Of a stretch of DNA of 64,000 nt, positions 60,001 to 64,000 are shown one piece after another. The translations under genes and the position numbers were made by a program. The notes below the pieces were generated by a model. That model was given only the letters and a program-made list of their open reading frames with translations. It was not told the DNA's origin and did no database searches. Each line of letters starts with the position of its first letter. Within the stretch, counting starts at the first letter, position 1. Source of the stretch: Heteronotia binoei (lineage: Eukaryota); contig NC_083236.1 of NCBI RefSeq assembly GCF_032191835.1, forward strand, positions 53,196,001-53,260,000. The letters run 5' to 3'.

Positions 60001-60316
60001 AATTTGGTTCAAATCCAAAATATTTATCACACTAAACAAACAGAGAACCTCAAGCGTGCGAAATGCACTTTTCATCAGCGCCGTCTTTCCCATCTGTGTC
60101 TCTTCTCAACCACTCACCGAGTGGATTGTTACCCGTCAGCGCCGTGGCCTCTGATCACATTCTGTTTTATTCCTGCAGGACGACATGACGTCCTTTTACA
60201 ACACTCCTCCGATTGGGAAAAGGGGAACCTGCAGCTACCTGACAAAGGCGGTGATGAATCTGTTGCTGGAAGGGGAAGTGAAACCCTGTGCCGACGACCC
60301 GTGTTCCATCAGCTAA
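1542..60316 (+). CDS. PHKB: PHKB, spliced 3' portion (human-equivalent exons 18-33); 5' part lies upstream of the window
   Basis: Exons translate contiguously from [28 protein letters not shown] to [15 protein letters not shown], matching the recalled vertebrate PHKB C-terminal half. All junctions are GT-AG with compatible phases. Confidence 0.98.
1997..2525. mobile_element. hAT MITE with TAGGGTTGCCA...TGGCAACCCTA termini (Blackjack-like)
   Basis: 11-bp terminal inverted repeats; perfect 8-bp TSD CATAGAGG (1989-1996, 2526-2533). Confidence 0.85.
2540..3103 (-). mobile_element. hAT-Charlie/Buster-like MITE (same family as 8587, 32802, 52310)
   Basis: Reverse copy of 8587-9231; flanks GGTTAGTG/GGTTAGAC with central TA. 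Confidence 0.8.
3385..3489 (+). CDS. PHKB: PHKB exon (~ex19), 105 nt
   Basis: ttctgtag|ATT...AAG|gtacat; [35 protein letters not shown]. Confidence 0.97.
4488..4710. mobile_element. Degenerate palindromic MITE-like element
   Basis: Arms ttttgcaccagctgctccgtgccgccatttt...gtaaac and gtttac...aaaatggcagcacggagcagcttgtgcaaaa around ~4607; family uncertain. Confidence 0.55.
4926..5008 (+). CDS. PHKB: PHKB exon (~ex20), 83 nt
   Basis: acatag|AAT...AG|gtaagg; [27 protein letters not shown](R). Confidence 0.97.
5094..5184 (+). CDS. PHKB: PHKB exon (~ex21), 91 nt, after an 85-nt intron
   Basis: cctcag|G...CAG|gtaagt; [30 protein letters not shown]. Confidence 0.97.
5342..5476. mobile_element. Palindromic Charlie-like hAT MITE, 135 bp
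   Basis: CAGGGGTGGCCAAC...GTTAGCCACCCCTG near-perfect hairpin; TSD CTGTATGA/CTGTATGG. Confidence 0.85.
5835..5945. mobile_element. Half copy of octamer-core palindromic MITE, subfamily B
   Basis: Matches the right arm of 30801/36836 (gattggctacatca...atatgcaaaggagttcctgctacaaaaaa). Confidence 0.75.
6573..6792 (+). mobile_element. tRNA-derived SINE with (ATATGTTC)n tail
   Basis: A-box TGGCTCAGTGG, B-box GGTTCAATCC, tandem tail; second copy reversed at 57758-57980. Confidence 0.8.
6797..6950 (+). mobile_element. Degenerate 5S rRNA-derived SINE
   Basis: gatctcgtc...agaagctaagca...ttagtacttagatgggagacc resembles the 5S internal control region. Confidence 0.65.
7176..7545. mobile_element. Palindromic MITE with TAGGGTTG start
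   Basis: Inverted arms centred on ctatggtac-ctatt-gtaccatag (~7352-7374). Confidence 0.6.
7886..8055. mobile_element. Octamer-core palindromic hAT MITE, subfamily A
   Basis: CAGGGGTGGAATTCTAGCAGG... hairpin; perfect TSD ACTATTGC (7878-7885, 8056-8063). Confidence 0.88.
8150..9370 (-). mobile_element. L2-like LINE fragment split by a Charlie MITE
   Basis: Minus-strand translation [32 protein letters not shown], typical of the L2/CR1-group post-RT region. Confidence 0.7.
8587..9231 (+). mobile_element. hAT-Charlie/Buster-like MITE containing (TA)n
   Basis: CAGAGGTGTCAAAC...GTTCGGCACCCCTG; perfect TSD CTCTAAGG. Confidence 0.88.
9513..9967. mobile_element. Blackjack-like hAT MITE (paralog of 1997-2525)
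   Basis: Same termini and body as 1997-2525; TSD not evident. Confidence 0.8.
10023..10163 (+). mobile_element. Octamer-core hAT MITE, subfamily C
   Basis: CAGGGAC...GCCCTG; perfect TSD GCCAGGCC; ATTTGCAT at 10062-10069. Confidence 0.85.
13090..13482 (+). mobile_element. CR1 LINE 3' fragment
   Basis: Encodes [23 protein letters not shown]; ends in ttctcttatgttcttat tail; similar 3' piece at ~17225-17385. Confidence 0.8.
14388..14449 (+). CDS. PHKB: PHKB exon (~ex22), 62 nt
   Basis: tttcag|ACA...GA|gtacgt; [20 protein letters not shown](E). Confidence 0.97.
14621..14783 (+). CDS. PHKB: PHKB exon (~ex23), 163 nt
   Basis: ctgcag|G...AAT|gtaagt; [54 protein letters not shown]. Confidence 0.97.
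15158..15239 (+). CDS. PHKB: PHKB exon (~ex24), 82 nt
   Basis: cgtcag|GAC...G|gtacgt; [27 protein letters not shown](G). Confidence 0.97.
16068..16228. mobile_element. Octamer-core palindromic MITE, subfamily A (left end truncated)
   Basis: Aligns to 7886/28273 copies; ends ...GAATTCCACCCCTG. Confidence 0.85.
17502..17559 (+). CDS. PHKB: PHKB exon (~ex25), 58 nt
   Basis: aattag|GC...TG|gtttgt; [18 protein letters not shown](W). Confidence 0.96.
18971..19176 (+). mobile_element. 5S rRNA-headed SINE with RTE/BovB-like tail (best copy)
   Basis: GATCTCGGAAGCTAAGCAGGGT (19010-19031) identical to recalled vertebrate 5S rRNA; tail ggcaatgacaagcc...cttgccttgaaaaccc...gggtcgc. Confidence 0.75.
19802..19948 (-). 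mobile_element. 5S-derived SINE copy inside the DIRS-like element
   Basis: Reverse complement reads gccctgacctggatagcccaggc...gatctcagaagctaagcaggg...gatgggagacc...ggaataccggg. Confidence 0.7.
20381..20570. other. Assembly gap (190 N)
   Basis: Run of N. Confidence 1.
20810..21086 (+). mobile_element. Squam3-like tRNA SINE inside the DIRS-like element
   Basis: A-box TGGTGTAGTGG, B-box GGTTTGATTCC, (CTT)-type tail; family name from recall. Confidence 0.75.
22149..22239 (+). CDS. PHKB: PHKB mutually exclusive exon, muscle-type (~ex26), 91 nt
   Basis: gtctag|G...CAG|gtaaag; [30 protein letters not shown] resembles recalled human [30 protein letters not shown]; same length and phase as the 26024 exon. 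Confidence 0.93.
22703..22865 (+). mobile_element. Degenerate 5S-derived SINE
   Basis: ccctggttagtacttggttgggagaccacc followed by ggcaaaccacctctg tail. Confidence 0.65.
23488..24129. mobile_element. ~640-bp palindromic hAT (Tip100-like) MITE inserted in L2-like sequence
   Basis: Termini CAGGCCGATAGCCA / TGGCTGCGGGCCTG; TSD CTCCAAGG/CTCCTAGG; long inverted arms centred ~23805. Confidence 0.75.
24130..24480 (-). mobile_element. L2-like LINE fragment
   Basis: Minus strand [29 protein letters not shown]. Confidence 0.7.
24530..24583 (+). repeat. Degenerate (GGTTAG)n telomere-like hexamer array, ~9 units
   Basis: gggttg gggtag ggctaa ggtcag ggttag ggttac ggctag ggttat ggttag. Confidence 0.7.
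26024..26114 (+). CDS. PHKB: PHKB mutually exclusive exon, non-muscle-type (~ex27), 91 nt
   Basis: cctcag|G...CAG|gtaagt; [30 protein letters not shown] resembles recalled human [30 protein letters not shown]. Confidence 0.95.
26595..26877 (+). mobile_element. Squam3-like tRNA SINE
   Basis: Same head and tail as 20810; internal duplication of agctatcccacgag. Confidence 0.78.
28273..28441. mobile_element. Octamer-core palindromic MITE, subfamily A
   Basis: Full hairpin; TSD GTAAGAGC/GTAAGAAC. Confidence 0.88.
28915..29045. other. Assembly gap (131 N)
   Basis: Run of N. Confidence 1.
29495..30075. mobile_element. 5S-derived SINE (+) split by a Squam3-like SINE (-, ~29651-30010)
   Basis: 5S-SINE tail ggcaaaccacctctaaac resumes as ctaaatgtaccttgccttgaaaa after the insert. 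Confidence 0.7.
30801..30978. mobile_element. Octamer-core palindromic MITE, subfamily B
   Basis: AGGGTTTTTTTGTAGCAGGAAC...GCTACAAAAAAAGCCCTG; GTAGGAT on both flanks. Confidence 0.82.
31664..31826. mobile_element. Octamer-core MITE, subfamily B (left deletion)
   Basis: TSD GAGAAAGT/GAGAAAGA. Confidence 0.8.
32649..33432. mobile_element. Blackjack-like MITE interrupted by a Charlie-like MITE (32802-33329)
   Basis: Inner TSD CTCTAAAA/CTCTAAAG; outer halves rejoin to the family body. Confidence 0.75.
33949..34151 (+). CDS. PHKB: PHKB exon (~ex28), 203 nt
   Basis: ctttag|GTG...GG|gtcagt; [19 protein letters not shown]...GMLKIRV(G). Confidence 0.97.
34978..35190 (+). mobile_element. CR1 ORF2 fragment
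   Basis: Degenerate [13 protein letters not shown]...IYKIMH.TEKVE...RKYF motif region. Confidence 0.7.
36836..37016. mobile_element. Octamer-core palindromic MITE, subfamily B
   Basis: TSD TTTAACAC/CTTAACAC. Confidence 0.82.
37604..38093. mobile_element. Blackjack-like MITE interrupted by a Squam3-like SINE (-, ~37711-37983)
   Basis: ...GGTTGCCA start and TGGCAACCCTA end; SINE with (AAG)n tail in the middle. Confidence 0.72.
38544..38840 (-). mobile_element. Sauria SINE
   Basis: tRNA-like head, BovB-like tail; 13-bp TSD TGTAGTAAACAAA (38531-38543, 38841-38853). Confidence 0.85.
39090..39267 (+). repeat. Five ~36-bp tandem units (catttgcatattaggccacacctctgacatcaccac)
   Basis: Units start at 39090, 39126, 39161, 39197, 39233. 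Confidence 0.9.
39420..39720 (+). repeat. GA-rich low-complexity tract
   Basis: (GAAA)/(GA)/(GGGA) runs. Confidence 0.85.
39772..40190 (+). repeat. GC-rich 58-59-bp minisatellite, 7 full units plus a partial
   Basis: Units start at 39772, 39831, 39890, 39948, 40007, 40066, 40124, 40183. Confidence 0.9.
41308..41599. mobile_element. Charlie-like hAT MITE
   Basis: CATGGGTGGTCAAAC...TTTGGCCACCCCCTA; perfect TSD CCTTTGAC; related to 49038-49613. Confidence 0.8.
42073..42267 (+). mobile_element. Partial Sauria SINE
   Basis: gagttcgattcc...ggcaatggcaaaccaccc...ggggact; its (ACCTTT)n tail appears displaced to ~42781-42795. Confidence 0.72.
42268..42780 (-). mobile_element. Internally deleted (bipartite) RTE-clade retroelement
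   Basis: Minus ORF 42314-42580 ends in [21 protein letters not shown] (RTE-type C-terminal zinc-finger motif); (AG)n tail; no EN/RT sequence. Confidence 0.7.
43011..43673. mobile_element. Possible solo LTR
   Basis: TG...CA ends, internal 27-bp direct repeat (caat.cctgcctttcagttctccagac); no TSD found. Confidence 0.3.
44173..44307 (+). CDS. PHKB: PHKB exon (~ex29), 135 nt
   Basis: cttcag|G...AG|gtaaag; [44 protein letters not shown](R). Confidence 0.97.
44317..44413 (-). mobile_element. Subfamily-C hAT MITE 9 nt downstream of a PHKB donor
   Basis: Reverse of 10023 family; TSD TAAAGGAC / TAAATGGAC. Confidence 0.78.
45550..45719. mobile_element. Octamer-core palindromic MITE, subfamily A
   Basis: TSD GTCGTCAG/GTCATCAG. 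Confidence 0.88.
46981..47250 (-). mobile_element. BovB (RTE) LINE 3' fragment
   Basis: Minus strand [14 protein letters not shown]...KRGRPN..IKEA..LSLQD...VNNRTFW. Confidence 0.8.
48820..48949 (+). CDS. PHKB: PHKB exon (~ex30), 130 nt
   Basis: cctcag|G...CAG|gtaaaa; [43 protein letters not shown]. Confidence 0.97.
49038..49613. mobile_element. Charlie-like MITE with (GAAG)n microsatellite at ~49063-49137
   Basis: CAGGGGGGCCAAAC...GTTTGGCCACCCCTG; flanks AGCTAGAG/ATCTAGGG. Confidence 0.72.
51057..51228. mobile_element. Octamer-core palindromic MITE, subfamily A, nested in a Blackjack-like MITE
   Basis: TSD GGTATGAT/AGTATGAT; host body continues to TGGCAACCCTA at ~51355. Confidence 0.88.
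51497..51604 (+). CDS. PHKB: PHKB exon (~ex31), 108 nt
   Basis: ttacag|CAA...GAG|gttggt; [36 protein letters not shown]. Confidence 0.97.
52310..52813 (-). mobile_element. Charlie-like MITE (8587 family)
   Basis: Body matches 2540 and 32802 copies. Confidence 0.8.
57491..57631 (+). CDS. PHKB: PHKB exon (~ex32), 141 nt
   Basis: poly-T tract, ctttag|TTG...CAA|gtaagt; [47 protein letters not shown]. Confidence 0.97.
57660..58010 (-). mobile_element. 5S-derived SINE interrupted by a tRNA SINE (57758-57980)
   Basis: Reverse tail, then (GAACATAT)n SINE, then tggtctgccatccaagt (5S box C, reversed). Confidence 0.7.
59222..59522 (-). mobile_element. Sauria SINE
   Basis: 15-bp TSD TTTGCAGAACTCTTT (59207-59221, 59523-59537). 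Confidence 0.87.
60179..60316 (+). CDS. PHKB: PHKB last coding exon (~ex33) with stop; CaaX motif CSIS
   Basis: ctgcag|GAC...TAA; [45 protein letters not shown]. Confidence 0.97.
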   Translation, partial: DDMTSFYNTPPIGKRGTCSYLTKAVMNLLLEGEVKPCADDPCSIS

Positions 60317-61004
60317 AGCCGGCGGCGCCAGGTGGAACTCAACCTGACTTGTGTAGGGCCGCGTTGATGTTTGGCATGTGCTACCTAATTGTTCCTTGTC
60401 AAGGGGGAGGCCTGGAAACGGTCACTGCGATAAGCTCAGGCGCTTTAGAATAGCAAAGACCACAGCTGATTCTGTGGCAGCCAAAAAGCACGTTTAATCA
60501 AGAAGCGGTCCTCTCCCCCCACCACCCCGTAGGTTTCCAATAGCAACCTGCACGTTCCACTTAAGCGTTGCATTCGTACATTGGCACAGGGAATGCATGA
60601 AATGCGCTGTAGCACATACTGATTAAGACCTTGGCTATGCTCGAAGAATCAACTGGGTTTATGGGTTGGGTTTGTTCGTTTCTTTTTGGTCAAGCATTGT
60701 TTACGAACAATTGCAGTGGCAAAATGTATTTATTTAATAGCAAACTAAATGAGCACTGCAGATTTTTTTTTCCATTTCTCGCTCTCCTTCCCCCTCCCCC
60801 CCCCAATAATTTGTATTGTAATTCATTATTGAATGGCTACATTATGAATGCTGGATGAAACAAGCATAAATTTAAAAAAATCAGCAGGAGTGTGTTTGAT
60901 ATTGCTTTGTTTGTTGCTCTGAGGAAGTTGCTGTGACTTTGGACTTTGCGTGTTCCAGCTAAACTTCTAAGGTGTTTTTAAAAAAAACCCCAAAACCCTA
61001 CTCT

Positions 61005-61010
61005 ATTAAA
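61005..61010 (+). promoter_or_regulatory. Candidate PHKB polyadenylation signal (ATTAAA)
   Basis: ATTAAA about 690 nt after the stop, followed by T/GT-rich sequence; I saw no AATAAA closer to the stop. Confidence 0.45.
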
Positions 61011-61669
61011 AATATACAAATTTGCTTTAAAATGTGCCTGTAATTGGTTTTTCTGTTTGAGGATTACTCCGGATGGTAATTGCTTATGCCTACGCATTTT
61101 ATATAAATGGAAAGGAATTAATTTTAAAAGAACAGAACATCTCTTACCATCATAGATCCTTCCTTTGCTCCAATTCAGACGCTTTAAGGGTCATTGTGTA
61201 AATTATCCTGACACTTTAAATTATCCTGCTGTGAAGGTGACGAAGAGTCAATAAGAGTCCAGACTACTGCTGGACAAAGTAGTCTGAATAAGGACGGTTC
61301 AGTCCTGTCTACAGAACGTATTGTTCCAGAAACAGAATCCCATCCCTCCACATAACAAGAACTGGGTCTGACCAAAGGACCGCCTAGTCCAGGAAGTCCA
61401 CAAGTAGGGCATGGAGAATAGCCCCACCTCATAATGCCTACCAGAACTAGCATTCCAGGGGTGTAATGGACTGACTCCTTTAAAGCAGTACAACAGCAAT
61501 TTGACGCATTCAGACTAGGGCATGTGCTAATTTTCACACATGCAAATGCAGTCCCTCCATATTTTGTTTAAAATATTCTATGATTCTATTCTGACAGCAA
61601 TGCGGATCCTGTGAATTTAGGGGGAGATATTTGTGAATTTCTTGCATTGTGCAGGAGATTGGACTAGAT

Positions 61670-62208
61670 CAGGGGTCCCCAACCCCCAGGCCTGTTTCCT
61701 ACCGGGTCATACAGCCTAGCTGCCCTGCCCCCCCCCCGCACAGCCTTGCACCCCTACCCCCCCTTTTCACCATTTTAAGGTCAGAGAAGGGGCTGTGAAG
61801 TGCCTCCCAGGCTGACCCCCCCCCCACAGCTGATTGGTGGGAAAACCGCAGCAGCAGTGGCGAGTAACCCACTGAAAGAGCGGGGCAAGGGCAGCGCCAC
61901 TCTTTCAGTGGGTCGCTTGCCACTGCTGCCGGGGTTTTCCCTGCCGATCAGGGAGGCGCTTTATGGCTCCTTGCTCAGCCTTAAAATGGTGAAAATGGGG
62001 TGGTGAGGCTGCGCAGAGGGGGCAGCAAGGCTGCATGGGAGGGGGGTGGAGGAGAGAGGATGAAACAGGGCAAGGAAAATGGGGAGGAGGCACTGCGGGG
62101 GGCAGGGGGAGGCCTAATTGGGGGCCCCCACACTGCCAGCACTGGGGCCACTATGGGCGGGCCAGCTCTGGGGCCAGTCCCCAGGGCCAAAAAGGTTGGG
62201 GGCTACTG
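61670..62208. mobile_element. Charlie-like hAT MITE inserted in a CR1 3' end
   Basis: CAGGGGTCCCCAACC...GGTTGGGGGCTACTG; perfect TSD GACTAGAT. Confidence 0.85.
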
Positions 62209-63040
62209 GACTAGATGACTCTGGAGGTTCCTTCCAACTCTATGCTTCTAAAACTAGTTGAAATACCACAGCTCTCTGCTTCTCCTTCGTGGTACCCTAT
62301 CTGAGGTGGGATGTGTAATAAGGTTGCCATCTTCATGCTGGAAAATTTTTAGAGATATAGGGGCAGAATTTGGGGATGGAAGAGAGCTCAGCAGGGGTGT
62401 GATGCCATGGAGCCCACCCTCCCAAGGGGCTATTTTCTCTGGAGGGAAATGATTTCCATTGTATGGGAGAATTTCAGGAGGTTGGCAACCCCATGTGTAG
62501 GAGGGATTAGTTTCCTGTGTTCTTCTTTCGTAAAAAAATCATGGTGTGTTTTTTACTTTTAGGACTTCCTTTTGAAGAGCAGAAAAAATGTTCTTTCTGT
62601 TTACCAAGGCTAAATGGGGGGTAGGGGGGTGGGATTACAGCATGTGGATCCAAAAAAAGTGTTCAAGCTAAGAGAAACTGAAAGGGAAAGTGGAAACGGA
62701 CCAGGAGACAGAGAGGGAATGGAACACCCCAATCCACAAGAAAGGAGATGAGAACAAAAACTCCTAACTGGAAAACCGCGCCAGAGGGATCCAGAAGGAA
62801 TCGATACATGCAGAATACCAAACATGGTGCAAAGTGGATTTTTAAAATGCTCCTAAGATTCTGGCTGTTGCCATACCTTCCATACAATTATACATCTGCC
62901 GTGTGACACATGTTCTGCTGCTCCTTGCGAATCCACTGCCATTTATTGGGCTATTCTGCACTCCCATTTTTGTCACTTGTGTGCCCCATTGCTCTTCTTA
63001 CACGTGTGTTTTGCTCCCTCTAGGGGTTGCTTCAATATTA

Positions 63041-63343
63041 AAAAAAAGGAAAGGTCCCCTGTGCAAGCACCAGTAGTTTCCGACTCTGGAGTGACGTTAC
63101 TTTCACAACATTTTCATGGGAGACTTTTTATGGAGTGGTTTGCCATTGCCTTCCCCAGTCATCTACACTTCCCCCCCCAGCAAGCTGCATACTCATTTTA
63201 CCGACTTCGGAAGGATGGAAGGCTGAGTCAACCTCAAGCCGGCTACCTGAAAACCCCGCTTCTGCCGGGGATCGAACTCAGGTTGTGAGCAGAGCTTAGG
63301 ACTGCAGTACTGCAGCTTTAACACTGTGCTACGGGGCTCTTAA
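63041..63343 (-). mobile_element. Sauria SINE
   Basis: 12-bp TSD GCTTCAATATTA (63029-63040, 63344-63355). Confidence 0.87.
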
Positions 63344-63474
63344 GCTTCAATATTACATTGCTGTATATCTGCATATATCCTTGCAAGAGATGCAGAGATG
63401 TAGTATTGAAGCGACCACTAGAGGGAGCAAAAGAAGTACAGAAGAAAAAAGAAGTAATGGCACCTAAGCAAGAA

Positions 63475-63917
63475 GAGGAGGAGATTGAATTTATACTTCA
63501 CCTTTCATTACCCAAGGGAGTCTTGGAGTGGTTTACAATCTCCTTTCCCTTCCCCTCCCCACAAAAGACACCCTGTGAGGTACATGGGGCTGAGAGCTCT
63601 GACAGAAACTGTTCTTTCCAGAACAGAGTTATGACCAGGGGTGAAATTCTAACAGGAGCTCTTTTGCATATTAGGCCACACACCCCTGATGTAGCCAATC
63701 CTCCAAGAGTTTACAAAGCTCTCTTGTATTCTCCTGGAGGATTGGCTACATCAGGGGTGTGTGGCCTAGTATGCAAAAGAGCTCCTGCTAGAATTCCACC
63801 CCGGTTATGACTGACCCAAGGTCACTCCAGCAGTTGCATGTGGAGGAGTGGGGAATCAAACCCAGTTCTCCCAGATAAGAGTCCGCACCCTTCACCACTA
63901 CACCAAACTGGCTCTCT
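63475..63917 (-). mobile_element. Squam3-like SINE split by a subfamily-A MITE (63636-63803)
   Basis: Perfect inner TSD GTTATGAC (63628-63635, 63804-63811). Confidence 0.85.
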
Positions 63918-64000
63918 TTGGGAGAGCCCATCGTCACCATTTCCAAGTTATAGAGAAATGATGTGAAATGTCTTATCTACCTTCATTCAATTCTTGCATT

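Noticed and set aside
61259-61288. Small hairpin CAGACTACT/AGTAGTCTG as terminator or ncRNA
   Set aside because: A 9-11-bp stem is expected by chance in 64 kb; no supporting context.
62500-63030. Exon of a downstream neighbouring gene
   Set aside because: No recognisable protein similarity or convincing splice-site pair on either strand.

Overview
Vertebrate genomic DNA, most likely a squamate (gecko-like, judged from its SINE/MITE content), not prokaryotic. The window holds the 3' half of PHKB (phosphorylase kinase regulatory subunit beta) on the + strand. I traced 16 coding exons by hand, all with GT-AG boundaries and consistent phases, equivalent to human exons 18-33. They include the tandem mutually exclusive 91-nt exons (muscle-type 22149-22239, non-muscle-type 26024-26114), the stop at 60314-60316 and a C-terminal CaaX motif (CSIS). 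The introns are dense with transposon relics: several hAT MITE families with readable 8-bp target-site duplications (TSDs), Sauria SINEs with 12-15-bp TSDs, Squam3-like and other tRNA SINEs, a 5S rRNA-headed SINE with an RTE/BovB-like tail, and CR1/L2/BovB fragments. The most unusual items are: (1) a very young, non-coding miniature DIRS-type element with perfect inverted terminal repeats (ITRs) and a perfect internal complementary region (ICR) just upstream of the muscle exon; (2) a palindromic hAT MITE family whose copies carry mirror-symmetric substitutions and an octamer-containing core, which is tandemly amplified in a composite copy; (3) a bipartite RTE derivative with an in-frame zinc-finger mini-ORF. 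Family names and human comparisons come from recalled consensus features, not database searches. There are two assembly gaps (20381-20570, 28915-29045).
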